NCBI GenBank assembly: GCA_965652295.1
Contig: CBFGTS010000003.1
Coordinates: 64,001 to 128,000 of the forward strand
Reading direction: 5' to 3'
Length of the DNA stretch: 64,000 nt
From: an uncultured Haloferula sp.
GTDB taxonomy: Bacteria; Verrucomicrobiota; Verrucomicrobiia; Verrucomicrobiales; Akkermansiaceae
Below are positions 40,270 to 52,475 of the stretch, piece by piece. Positions within the stretch are counted from its first letter, which is position 1; each line of letters opens with the position of its first letter. Position numbers and translations under genes: made by a program. The notes under the pieces were generated by a model. The model saw only the letters and a list, made by a program, of their open reading frames with translations, ran no database searches and had not been told where the DNA came from.

Positions 40270-41166
40270 GTGAAAAGAAACATCGCCCTGATCTCAGCTG
40301 GTCTCGCAACCTCCTGCGCGGGCGTCTTTCTGTGGCACGCTTCCACCCGCCGCATCGCCACGCCCATGATGAAACCGACAGCGGTCGCGGTGCCGGAGCC
40401 GTCCGCCGCTCATCCGGGCCCCACACGTGGCCTGCCCGGAAAATCCCGCTCTCGCGAGAACCCGGATCCGGCCGGGTTCGCCGACCGGATCCGCGCCGCG
40501 CTGGCCTCGCCGGATGCCACCCGGCAGCCGGACCTCGTCGCCCGGTTGCTCGCGGAATGGGTGGAGGCCGATCCGCAAGCTGCCGCCCGTTTTGCCGAAA
40601 CGAGCGACATCGCCGGCGACCATGCATGGATCCTTCATCGCGTTGCCCAGCTTTGGGCCGAGCGCGACACCCAGGCCGCCCTCGCATGGGCAGGGAGCCT
40701 TCCGGAACCGGGGGAAAAGGACGCCATGCTCACCGACGTCTGCCTGCAACTCTCCGCGACCGACCCCGCGGAAGCCGTCCGGACCCTGGCCCAACAGATC
40801 CCCGGAGAAAATCCGCACGGCGGTCTGGAGGTCCTCGCCCAGCGATGGGCCGAGCACGACTTCACGGCGGCGCGCGATTGGGCCCTGTCCCGACCCGATG
40901 GCTGGCGCCGCGACCGTCTGATCGCCCGCCTCGCCCAGTCGCAGGCCCAACAAGCTCCGCGGGACGCGGCCGCTCTCGTGGCAGACGAAATCACCGAAGG
41001 TGCCACCCAAACCGAAGCCGTCCTCGCAGTACTACATCAATGGGCCATCCAGGATGCCGCGGCCGCGACGGAGTGGATCGAGCTTTTCCCCGACAGCGGA
41101 GTGCGGACCCGCGCCTTCGCCGAAATCGACGGCATCGCGCGATACCGCTCGCAAAGCGATCACTGA
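40270..41166 (+). CDS. Membrane-anchored helical-repeat protein (W-x3-D-x2-AA-x2-W repeats), function unknown
   Basis: 3' part of ORF 39127..41166. GTG 40270 gives an N-terminal hydrophobic anchor. Repeats include WVEADPQAAARF, WAERDTQAALAW, WAEHDFTAARDW and WAIQDAAAATEW. Confidence 0.75.
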   Translation: MKRNIALISAGLATSCAGVFLWHASTRRIATPMMKPTAVAVPEPSAAHPGPTRGLPGKSRSRENPDPAGFADRIRAALASPDATRQPDLVARLLAEWVEADPQAAARFAETSDIAGDHAWILHRVAQLWAERDTQAALAWAGSLPEPGEKDAMLTDVCLQLSATDPAEAVRTLAQQIPGENPHGGLEVLAQRWAEHDFTAARDWALSRPDGWRRDRLIARLAQSQAQQAPRDAAALVADEITEGATQTEAVLAVLHQWAIQDAAAATEWIELFPDSGVRTRAFAEIDGIARYRSQSDH

Positions 41167-41203
41167 GCGGAAACCGCCGCCACCACTCGAATCGCTCGGG
41201 ACC

Positions 41204-44113
41204 CTAATTCAGACGCAAGAACAGCTTCTGCTCCGTGGCGGGGATCGTCCACGAGACGCGCTCGCTCAGCCCCGAGGCATCCAGCGGTTGGACTCGGGAA
41301 GTTCCTACCGCCGAGTGCCAGTCGTTCATGTCAATGGAGGTTTCCAATGTCATGTCGGTTGGAAAACCGCCACGCCGGTCGTAGGACAACGCCACCGCGC
41401 CATCCGCGAGCTGCCATGAACACCATGGATTCCCTTCGTTGACGAACGGGTCCCGCAACAACCACCACTCGACCCGGTTCGGGACACCGTCGTGGTCGGG
41501 GTCGGCACCGGGGCCGCCGATGCCATCGTCTGCGAGTTCCGACGCGGAGAACCGGGATTCCCTCCAGCTCTCCCAATCCTGCGAAACCCAATCGTCCGCG
41601 TCGGCCCCGCCGACAAGCGCGACATCTTCCACATGAAAGGTGGAAATCGGCGAGCCGCTGGCGTTCTGAATCATCAGGCCGTTGAAGTCCGGCACATTGG
41701 CCAAGCCCAGTTCCGACAGGTGGATCACCACGCGGGTCCACACCCCGGCAAATGGCGATGGAATCGGCGTGGACCCCACGGCCTCTCCGTCACGAACGCT
41801 GATGACTTGGAGCGGCTGCCCTCCGCTCTCCCCGCCGTGGACCCAGAATGCCACCGCGGAGTAGCCGGTGGTGTCCTGCAGCGACGACCGTCGCAGGTAA
41901 AGGGCTTCCCAGGCCCCCGCCGTGACAGCGATGGCGGAAGATCCGCGCCGCACCTGGAAGGTCGATGCCATGTCCACCGTCGCCCAACTCCAGCTTACCC
42001 AAGCCGGGTCCAAATTATCCTGATAGATCATCTTGTCCATGACCGGCGGGTCCGGGTCCGGGTCCGTATCACCTCCCCACGTCGTTCCCATGATGCTGTC
42101 AAACACGGGGATGAACGCGTCCGCAATCTTCGCCTGCCCCACGATGTTCGGGTGGTAGTGCGGGCCAAAGTCGTCCGGCACCACGAGATTGTAGGACACG
42201 CTGGCGAAATGCACCTTGCTGTCGCCCGACGCGCTTGCAGCTGCAGCGATGTAGCCGCTGGCAACGGAATCCATGCTGGACAGGTACGTGCAGATGATGT
42301 GGGCGTCGGGATAGTGGCTGCGCAAGGTCTCGATGAAACTGAGATAGCCACCCACATACTGCTCTTCGGAAGGATGGGGCGTGGTGGAAAAATCGTTGAT
42401 GCCCAGAGCGACGACGACCACGTCCGGCTGCCAGGCGAAGTCGTAGTCGTTATTCGCCACCGTCCCGCAGGTTCGCGGGAAAACTGGCGGAAAGGGGTCC
42501 ACGGACGTCTGATTGGAGTCTCCGTAGTTCCGAACCATCCCTTTCCCGGACCAGGCGGTAATCATGCATTCCGCGTTGTAATGGCTGGCCATGTGGGACG
42601 CGTAGGTGAGGCACGCGTTTTCGGTGGAGAAGTAGAACGTGTCAGAGAACTCCCCCTCGACGCCATAGCCGCAGGTGTAGGAATCCCCGATGAAGGCCAT
42701 TTTCCGGCTTGGAGCCGGATCCGGCGCGACCAAGGTCTTGCCACCGTCGAGAATGAAACCGCGAAACGTGTTCTTGCCCAGGCTCGCTTCCGCCCTCCGG
42801 CAAAGCGAAATACGGTGGATGCCGTCGCTCAACCCGGACGCCACCAGGAACGTTTCCAAGCCGCCGGTCGAACTGATGATCGGGCTTGTCTTGGCACCAT
42901 CAATGAACACGTCGAAGTATTTGCCCGGGCCCTCCATCTTCACCGAGCAGGAGGTTCCCTGAAACTTCGCGCGGATGGTGCTATGCGACCAATCGAAGCC
43001 CGGAGCCGAGGAAATCGTCCGATCGAACCTCCCGACATATTGGATGTTCGGATTGTCCGCACCGATGTCGCTCTGACCCTGGGGCGGATCCGTTTTTGCG
43101 AGGACGATGTCACCGCCGTTGGGCACGGCGTCGAACATGAGCTTGCCATCCACAACCCGGCATTCCACCAGCGCTCCGTCCTGAGTGACCGTGGCGGCGG
43201 CCCACCCACTCGGCATCGGGCGGCGCAACGTGAGGGGGTAGTCGAAAATCGTGGTGTCCAAGCCATGGGTGAGCCGAAGGGTGATGCTGGTCGCGCCACT
43301 CGAAACGACCGTCAGCACGGCGGCATCCCGCTCCTGAATGTAGCAGGACACGTTGCCAAAGGTTTCGACCCACCATTTGTCCGGCGTGGCCGTCACATGG
43401 TCCAGGTTTGATTGGAGAGCCGTGGAGGCAATCGGGCAGCAGGCCGGATCATCGTCGATGCCGTGTAGCAACCAGACCAGCCAGCTTCCCGAACTGGCCG
43501 CATTGTCGGCCTTGGCATTCATGTCGCCGTCGGGTCCCATCGCGCCGATACTCAGAAAATCCGTCGGCGTGCTGGGAACCAATGCTCCATTGCAACTCCG
43601 CGCGAACGCGTAAAACTCCGAGGTGACCGATTTGTCCGGTACCGTGCAGTACGGGTAGGCGACACTGACGCATTTTTCTCCCGTATGCGATTCGATGACT
43701 TCCTGGGACCCGAACAATTGCGCGGTCAGATCATCATTCGAAAGCGTCGTGAGGTCGGGATGCGTCAAGGTATGGCTGCCGATCTCGTGTCCCTTGGATG
43801 AGGCGTTTTCGATCGTTTCCCACTGGGAGGCGGAGAGGTCTCCGACGATGCAGAAGAACGTGGCAGGCAGGCCTTTCGCATCGAACATGGGTTGAGCCAC
43901 GGAGAACTGCTTCGGAGAGTTGTCATCGAACGTGTAGGAAACGGCGCTCGCGCGGAATCCGCGCCAGGTCGCAAGCTCATAGGGTACGGGAACCGTGGCG
44001 GCAAACGTGGCGTCGGTCGTGCCCCACGTGCTCAGAAAAAGGAACACTGCGACCGAGCGCAGCGCCTGCGTCCGGCGGTGCTTTTTCCCGCGGTTCGATG
44101 GAATGGAATGCAT
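41204..44113 (-). CDS. Modular esterase: polysaccharide deacetylase (CE4/NodB-like), CE2-like SGNH esterase, CBM-like domain and C-terminal beta domain
   Basis: SYTFDD, HEIGSHTLTH, AYPY and LLHG, then IQYVGRF, FIGDSYTCGYG, AWSGKG, LGINDF and HPN, then IYQDNL..WVSWSW. Ends ADPDHDGVPNRVE...LFLRLN. Confidence 0.85.
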   Translation of the reverse strand: MHSIPSNRGKKHRRTQALRSVAVFLFLSTWGTTDATFAATVPVPYELATWRGFRASAVSYTFDDNSPKQFSVAQPMFDAKGLPATFFCIVGDLSASQWETIENASSKGHEIGSHTLTHPDLTTLSNDDLTAQLFGSQEVIESHTGEKCVSVAYPYCTVPDKSVTSEFYAFARSCNGALVPSTPTDFLSIGAMGPDGDMNAKADNAASSGSWLVWLLHGIDDDPACCPIASTALQSNLDHVTATPDKWWVETFGNVSCYIQERDAAVLTVVSSGATSITLRLTHGLDTTIFDYPLTLRRPMPSGWAAATVTQDGALVECRVVDGKLMFDAVPNGGDIVLAKTDPPQGQSDIGADNPNIQYVGRFDRTISSAPGFDWSHSTIRAKFQGTSCSVKMEGPGKYFDVFIDGAKTSPIISSTGGLETFLVASGLSDGIHRISLCRRAEASLGKNTFRGFILDGGKTLVAPDPAPSRKMAFIGDSYTCGYGVEGEFSDTFYFSTENACLTYASHMASHYNAECMITAWSGKGMVRNYGDSNQTSVDPFPPVFPRTCGTVANNDYDFAWQPDVVVVALGINDFSTTPHPSEEQYVGGYLSFIETLRSHYPDAHIICTYLSSMDSVASGYIAAAASASGDSKVHFASVSYNLVVPDDFGPHYHPNIVGQAKIADAFIPVFDSIMGTTWGGDTDPDPDPPVMDKMIYQDNLDPAWVSWSWATVDMASTFQVRRGSSAIAVTAGAWEALYLRRSSLQDTTGYSAVAFWVHGGESGGQPLQVISVRDGEAVGSTPIPSPFAGVWTRVVIHLSELGLANVPDFNGLMIQNASGSPISTFHVEDVALVGGADADDWVSQDWESWRESRFSASELADDGIGGPGADPDHDGVPNRVEWWLLRDPFVNEGNPWCSWQLADGAVALSYDRRGGFPTDMTLETSIDMNDWHSAVGTSRVQPLDASGLSERVSWTIPATEQKLFLRLN

Positions 44114-44196
44114 GGTCGGATGGCGGTCTGAGCTTAGTCACCCAGACCAGCAAGAAACCTGCTGCCCATCAAGATTGGCCGATGGGGATTTCCCGC

Positions 44197-44212
44197 TCCC
44201 CCGACAGGGGGG
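44197..44212. promoter_or_regulatory. Operator-like palindrome 6
   Basis: TCCCC-CGACAG-GGGGG. Confidence 0.65.
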
Positions 44213-44236
44213 CGTGCGGCGGGATCCGGTCGGCGA

Positions 44237-45268
44237 TTACTTGCCGTCTTTCGACCGAAGCAGCGCCAGCCGGTATGGGAGCTGGCTGTAGTCCTCCGTC
44301 TGCGTGCCCTGAGCCACTCCTTGATAGAGGAAGAGCATGTTTCGGGGATCGACGATCATGCATTCATCATTCGTTTCCCGAATCAGTTCCCCGTGGCTGA
44401 TGCCGGAGGTCCATGGCTCACCGCCATCCACGGCAGTCACGTTTTTCGGCCCGGCGAACGGTTTCTCCCAGCTTCCGCCTTCCGGCATGGGTGTCCATTC
44501 CCCGTCCAGACGGTCGGTCTTGAACCCGCGGAAATAGCGGACGCCGTGCTCACCCATGCACTCGATGATGCAGAGGTAGTCGTCCGAACCCTTCAACCTG
44601 TACACGCACACGGCCTCGAACATATCCGCGGCCCGGTCCTCCTGCATGACCACCACGGGTTCGCTGAAACCCTTGGGGAATTCGTCGATCGTGGTCCGGC
44701 TGCGATAGAACCTTCCGTGATCGTCGGGGAAAAACAGGTATGCGTGGGTGTCATCGCAGATGATCCAGAAATCCAGCCAGCCCTCGACGACACTGGCCGG
44801 CTGCGCATCGAAGAAGGACTGGGGAGCACTCCAGCCCTCAGGCCGATCGATGTCGTCATTCGTGGAGAACGTCGGCTGCGGCGATTGGAAAATGAGGTAC
44901 CATTTCCGCTGCGGTCTGAAATAGAAGACCTGGGGCGCACAATGGTAACCGGCGAATATCGGCAGCTGGTCGAAGTAAAAGGGCTGGGTTTGCGATGCCT
45001 CCTTCCAGCTCTTGAACGAACGATACTCCATGCCCCATGCCCCCTTCGTGTCCACCGTGGTGGAAAAGAGATGCCACTTTCCTCCGTGACGAACGATCGT
45101 CGGGTCCTTGACGGCGACCGCCGAATGTTCGGCGTCCGGCACAGGCGAGATCAATGGCCCGGTCGTCGTCCATTCGAGCGAACGGAATGGCGATTCGTCG
45201 GCGTGCCCGGCGTGACTCAAAGCAACGCCAATCAGGGCGGCTCGAAAAACGGAGGTCAAAGTTTTCAT
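44237..45268 (-). CDS. GH62-like alpha-L-arabinofuranosidase
   Basis: KDPTIV, APQVFYFRPQRKWYL, LDFWIICDD, MFEA, RYFR, ISHGELIR, FLYQG and LPYR. Confidence 0.88.
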   Translation of the reverse strand: MKTLTSVFRAALIGVALSHAGHADESPFRSLEWTTTGPLISPVPDAEHSAVAVKDPTIVRHGGKWHLFSTTVDTKGAWGMEYRSFKSWKEASQTQPFYFDQLPIFAGYHCAPQVFYFRPQRKWYLIFQSPQPTFSTNDDIDRPEGWSAPQSFFDAQPASVVEGWLDFWIICDDTHAYLFFPDDHGRFYRSRTTIDEFPKGFSEPVVVMQEDRAADMFEAVCVYRLKGSDDYLCIIECMGEHGVRYFRGFKTDRLDGEWTPMPEGGSWEKPFAGPKNVTAVDGGEPWTSGISHGELIRETNDECMIVDPRNMLFLYQGVAQGTQTEDYSQLPYRLALLRSKDGK

Positions 45269-45301
45269 AGGATGGATCGTCGCTGCGGGTCGGGAGGACT
45301 T

Positions 45302-47711
<2,410 letters not shown>

Positions 47712-47758
47712 CTTTGAACGGTCGTAAGAAATCGGGACGGACAATGCGGAGGCTCAAG

Positions 47759-49690
47759 TCACTCCACATCGGTCCGGAACGGTGAGGCAGGCAGACCGTC
47801 GCGATTGAAAAGATTGCCTTCCGGCACATCCGCCCAGCCGTAGCGGACGGCGACCGGATCCTTCACCTCCGCCGAGGTCACCACCACGTTGTCGCCCACG
47901 ATCCTCGCTTCCGCCGGGTGGAAATTCTTATCCTCCCCCGCAATCGTGAAGCCCTTGAGTTCGCCGTCCTTCGCTACCAGTCCGCCGCCGGTGTGACTGA
48001 AGTGCAGCACCGCTTTGCCGCCCCGCGCCTTCATGGCTTCGAAGACCGGACCGGAGTATTCGATTTTTTCGCCGTAGGCCAAGGCGCGCGCCGCCAGAGC
48101 AAGCCGGGCGCCTACGGGTTGCTTGTGCGTCGGGTGGATGTCGTGCGCGTCCCCGCAGTCGATCGTCACGGCCATCGCCGTGTTCCCGGTCTTCTTGGCG
48201 GTGAGGAACTGAGCCTCGCGGATCTCCGGCGGCATGCCGTTGAAGGGAGCGATCTGCACAAACAGGAATGGAAAGTCCTTGCCCCCCCAGACCTTGCGCC
48301 AGCCTTCGATCATCGCCGGAAACAAGGTCTGATACTGCTTCTCGCGACCGGCATTCGACTCGCCCTGGTACCAAATGACACCGCGAATTGCATAAGGCAC
48401 CAGCGGTGCGATCATGCCGTTGTAGAGAACGGTCGGCGTGCTCGGACTGTCCGAGACATCCGTCGGCGGCCAGCCGGCTTCTCTCATGGTCACACTGGCC
48501 TTGCAGCGCCATTCGCCGGAAAGCGGAACGGTCTCTTCCTTCCCGTCCGCGTGGAAGACCATCCGCAGAGTGTCATGGCCACCATACACTCCGCCGCCAC
48601 CCGAAACGTCGAGCACGCGCACCGCGATGGTGTTTTTGCCACGCTTCAGCAGGCGGCCCGGCACCTGGTAGACGCGCGGAACATCCCAGCCGTTCGTCAT
48701 GCCGACCTGCTCGCCATTGATCCAGGTCGTGTCCATGTCGTCCACCGCACCGAGGTGCAGCTCGACATCGCCACCGTCCCAAGCTTCCGGCAGCACCAAG
48801 GTGCGCCGGAACCATACAATGCCGTCAAAATCCGGATAGCCCGAGTTTTCCCAAAACGCCGGCAAGGCCATCGTTTGCCAACCGCTCTCGTCCAAGGTCG
48901 CCAAGCTCCACTCCGCGCCAGGCTTCGAGGCCGGGTCCACTTGCCCGAACCAGACCGTCTGTTTCTCCTGCGTCCTGCGACGCACCTCCTCCGGATCGGC
49001 GATGAGTTGCTTGAGGCTCGTCAACGTCTCCGCAAAATCCGGCAGCGTTTGCAGCGTTTCCTCGTTCGTCCATGCCTCAGCCGGCGTGCCGCCCCAGGCG
49101 CTGAAAATGATGCCTACCGGCACCTCCCTGGCAGCGAAAACGTCGCGCGCGAAGAAATAGCCGACGGCGGAAAAGTCTCCGGCCGTCTCCGGAGAGCACA
49201 CCGCCCATGTCCCGTTCGCCGTCGTCTGGGGCGCGAACGACTTGACCTGCGGCACCTGGAACTGACGGATCTGCGGATATTTGGCCGCAGCCACTTCCTT
49301 TTCCCAATCCACGATCGGCTGTTGCCCCGGCCGCAAGCCGAGCTGCCGTTCCATGTTCGACTGACCGCTGGCGATCCAGACTTCGCCGACAAGGACGTCC
49401 GAAATCTGCAGCGTGTTGTCGCCGCGAACCCCGAGTTTCTGAGGACGGGCGTTAGCTTTCATTGGCGCGAGCCACACCTTCCACTGACCGTCAGCGACGG
49501 TGGTGAAAACCTTCTGGCCGCCGAAAGTCACGGTGACTTTCTCGCCATTGCGACCAGTGCCCCACACGGGCACCTTGGCATCGCACTGCAGCACGGCGTG
49601 ATCCTGAAACAACGGGTTCAGTTCCACCGCCATCCCCCGGGGCGCGCTGGCGAAGAGGACGATAGGGAGAATTCGTGACATGGATTTCAT
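47759..49690 (-). CDS. Sialate O-acetylesterase-like SGNH esterase with an inserted beta-sandwich (CE20-like architecture)
   Basis: VGEVWIASGQSNM, FSAVGYFF, WGGTPAEAW, insert DGIVWFRR..LGAVDDMD, then LYNGMIAPL, WYQGESN, DIHP and PASPFRTD. Confidence 0.88.
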   Translation of the reverse strand: MKSMSRILPIVLFASAPRGMAVELNPLFQDHAVLQCDAKVPVWGTGRNGEKVTVTFGGQKVFTTVADGQWKVWLAPMKANARPQKLGVRGDNTLQISDVLVGEVWIASGQSNMERQLGLRPGQQPIVDWEKEVAAAKYPQIRQFQVPQVKSFAPQTTANGTWAVCSPETAGDFSAVGYFFARDVFAAREVPVGIIFSAWGGTPAEAWTNEETLQTLPDFAETLTSLKQLIADPEEVRRRTQEKQTVWFGQVDPASKPGAEWSLATLDESGWQTMALPAFWENSGYPDFDGIVWFRRTLVLPEAWDGGDVELHLGAVDDMDTTWINGEQVGMTNGWDVPRVYQVPGRLLKRGKNTIAVRVLDVSGGGGVYGGHDTLRMVFHADGKEETVPLSGEWRCKASVTMREAGWPPTDVSDSPSTPTVLYNGMIAPLVPYAIRGVIWYQGESNAGREKQYQTLFPAMIEGWRKVWGGKDFPFLFVQIAPFNGMPPEIREAQFLTAKKTGNTAMAVTIDCGDAHDIHPTHKQPVGARLALAARALAYGEKIEYSGPVFEAMKARGGKAVLHFSHTGGGLVAKDGELKGFTIAGEDKNFHPAEARIVGDNVVVTSAEVKDPVAVRYGWADVPEGNLFNRDGLPASPFRTDVE

Positions 49691-49715
49691 GATCATTGAC
49701 GGAAGGACTGGGTTT

Positions 49716-52169
49716 TCACGGGACGGATGGACGCGGCGTAACGGGTTCGGATTGGAGAAGCACCGATGCGGGTGCCAACCCATCGGCGTGTGCCGTGACA
49801 CGGATTTCACCCGCGGTGCCGGTGCTTTGCACAATGACTTGCGCCAGACCGTTGAACAGGCTGCGTTTCCAGGTGGCGGAGGGATCGACGAAGCAATCGG
49901 GCTCGTGCGAGCCAGGATCGCCATTGCCGACGCCGATGATTTTCCCTGGGCCGCTGATTTCAAAAGAGATCGGGTGGTTTGCGGTGGGAACCATCCGCCC
50001 CTCGGCATCGGCGACCTGCACGGTGATGACCGAGACGTCCGCGCCATCGGCGGCGAGCGCGGCACGGTGAGGCGCGAGTTGGATCGCGGCGGGCGCACCG
50101 GTGGTTTCGACCTTGGATGTTAGAACTTCCTCTCCGCCCTTGTAGCCTTTCGCGACCAGCGTGCCGGGAGTATATTTTACGGGCCATTCGAGATGTGAGT
50201 ATTTCGTCATCGCCTTGCGGCCCAGGCTTTCGCCATTGAGGAACAGCTCCACTTCATCGCAATTGCTGTACGCCCAGACGCTGATTGCCTGGCCTTCTTT
50301 CCCCTGCCAGTTCCAGTGCGGGAAAATGTGGAGCACCGGTTCGTCCGTCCACCAGGATTTCAGATAGAACATGCCGTCCTTCGGGAAGCCGCACAGGTCG
50401 AGGATGCCGAACTGCGAGCCGATGGCGGGCCATGAGAAAGGTGTCGGTTCGCCGCGATAATCGAAGCCGGTCCAGATGCACATGCCCGCCAGGAACGGCT
50501 TCTCCGCATAGTGCGACCACGCCTGTTCGAGGCTCGAACCCCAGTCGGAAGGGTCCCAGTCGTAGGCGTTGAGGTGGCACTCCTCGCGATCGTCGAAATA
50601 GATACCGCGGGTCTGGTTGAACGCGCACTCTTCGGTACCGATCATCGGTTGATCCGGGTGACGCTCATGCCATTGATCGGTGGTGGCGCCGCCTCTTGCC
50701 AGGTTGCCGAGGTAATTCACGCCAGCAACCTCGACGACCTCGGAGAATCCCCCACCCCAACCGCCGCTGATGGCGACGGTGACGGGCCGCGTGGAATCCA
50801 GCTGTTTCGTCCAGCGCTGCATGGTCGAGGCGATCCGCGCACCAGTGTCGCTGCCTTCGACTTTCCATTCCTCGTTTCCAATCGACCAGAGAATCACGCT
50901 CGGATGGTTGCGGTCGCGAAGGATCATGCGGCGCAGATGATCATGATGGAACTCCGCGGTGCCCATGAGACGGTTTTCATCGATCACCAGCATGCCGAGC
51001 CGGTCGCAGACATCGAGCAGCTCAGGCGTCGGCGGGTTGTGCGAAGCGCGGTAGATGTTGCAGCCGAACTCCTTGAGTTTCGTGATGCGGTATTCCTGCA
51101 AGGCATCCGGAATGGCCGCGCCCACCCCCGCATGATCCTGGTGGTTGTTCGTGCCCTTGAGCTTCACATGCTTGCCATTGAGGAAGAAGCCCTCGTTCGC
51201 ATCGAAACGGATCGAACGGATGCCGAAGGTCGTTTCATAGTGGTCCACCACCGCGTTGTTAGAGACGATGGTTGTGACGAGTTTGTACCGGTGCGGCGTT
51301 TCAAGGGACCAGAGCCTCGGCCGGGGAATAGGCAGCACCTGACTGAATTCGGCCCGCTCTCCGGCAGGCAGAGCGAGTTCCTTCGCATGCGTCGAAGCGA
51401 CGGTCTTCCCGTCGGCATCCAGAACGATCTGCCCGATTTCAAAGACAGCATCCTCCGCGCCTTCGTTCACTACGGAAACGCGAGCCGTCACGTCGGCCGC
51501 GTCCTCTTTCAATTCGGAAGTGACATAGGTGCCATGTCGCTCGACGTGCAGCGGGTTCGTCTTCACCAGCCAGACGTGCCGATAAATTCCAGCGCCCTCG
51601 TAGAACCAGCCTTCCTCCAACGATGCGTCCACGCGAACGACGATGACGTTTTCCCCGCCGTAATTCAGGAACTCGGTGAGATTGCGGGCAAAGCTGCTGT
51701 AGCCGCTTTCCTCGCGACCGAGGTAATGGCCGTTGATCCAGACGATCGAGTCGCGGAACACGCCGTCGAAGTCGACGCTGATCCGCCTGCCGAGGTCGGA
51801 AGCAGGAATAGTGAACGTCTTACGATACCAGCCGACGCTGTTCTCAGGGAAGTTCCGGCCGATCGCCTTGTATCCATGGCTCTTGCTGCCGCGCTCGCTG
51901 AACGGCAGCTCCACCGCCCAGTCATGCGGCAGATTGAGCGCCCGCCAGCCGCTGTCGTCGAATTCGAAAGCGGACGCACCCGTGCCGAAACCCGTTTTCG
52001 CCAGATAGGAAAAATCGCCCGTGGCGTGATCGAAATCCTTTGAAACCTCCGTGGCGTGACCGAACGCGAAGCGCCAACCGGAGTCCATCAGCAGCAGCTC
52101 ACGCGGCGACTCCGCGGAGGCGAACACAGACAGCAAGATTGCGATGGAGACAAACCTGATGATTCTCAT
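49716..52169 (-). CDS. GH2 beta-galactosidase
   Basis: LPHDWAVELPF, EGWFYEGAGIYR, GTNNHQDHAGVG, RASHNPP, WSIGNEE, GTEE and WTGFDYRGEPTP. Confidence 0.92.
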   Translation of the reverse strand: MRIIRFVSIAILLSVFASAESPRELLLMDSGWRFAFGHATEVSKDFDHATGDFSYLAKTGFGTGASAFEFDDSGWRALNLPHDWAVELPFSERGSKSHGYKAIGRNFPENSVGWYRKTFTIPASDLGRRISVDFDGVFRDSIVWINGHYLGREESGYSSFARNLTEFLNYGGENVIVVRVDASLEEGWFYEGAGIYRHVWLVKTNPLHVERHGTYVTSELKEDAADVTARVSVVNEGAEDAVFEIGQIVLDADGKTVASTHAKELALPAGERAEFSQVLPIPRPRLWSLETPHRYKLVTTIVSNNAVVDHYETTFGIRSIRFDANEGFFLNGKHVKLKGTNNHQDHAGVGAAIPDALQEYRITKLKEFGCNIYRASHNPPTPELLDVCDRLGMLVIDENRLMGTAEFHHDHLRRMILRDRNHPSVILWSIGNEEWKVEGSDTGARIASTMQRWTKQLDSTRPVTVAISGGWGGGFSEVVEVAGVNYLGNLARGGATTDQWHERHPDQPMIGTEECAFNQTRGIYFDDREECHLNAYDWDPSDWGSSLEQAWSHYAEKPFLAGMCIWTGFDYRGEPTPFSWPAIGSQFGILDLCGFPKDGMFYLKSWWTDEPVLHIFPHWNWQGKEGQAISVWAYSNCDEVELFLNGESLGRKAMTKYSHLEWPVKYTPGTLVAKGYKGGEEVLTSKVETTGAPAAIQLAPHRAALAADGADVSVITVQVADAEGRMVPTANHPISFEISGPGKIIGVGNGDPGSHEPDCFVDPSATWKRSLFNGLAQVIVQSTGTAGEIRVTAHADGLAPASVLLQSEPVTPRPSVP

Positions 52170-52227
52170 CTTCTTTGACCTGATTGGATGCTGGTACTCG
52201 TGGAGAAATGGCCGTCCCCATCGCCAC

Positions 52228-52270
52228 AAAAAAGCCGGAAGGCCGCTGGAGAGCAGCTTCCCGCCCCTAC
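52228..52270 (-). terminator. GTAG-led hairpin with a U6 tract (terminator-like or REP-like)
   Basis: Minus strand GTAGGGGCGGGAAGCTGCT-CTCC-AGCGGCCTTCCGGC followed by TTTTTT. Confidence 0.5.
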
Positions 52271-52362
52271 GACCCACTGGCGCGAGGGAACGTTCCTCCA
52301 TGGGCTTTCAGCACGACCTCTTCCGTGACTTCCGAGCATAGGGGACCACCCCTCGCCCACCA

Positions 52363-52378
52363 TCCCCCATTGCAGGGA
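52363..52378. promoter_or_regulatory. Operator-like palindrome 7
   Basis: TCCCC-CATTGC-AGGGA, 15/16 identical to site 4. Confidence 0.7.
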
Positions 52379-52475
52379 TTGTTGATTCCCCCCGCATCGC
52401 CGAAGGCCCGGATCCCACGCCGTCTCAAACGAGAAACGTCGAATCCGGAGCATTGGAAATCACCGAAAACGCCGC

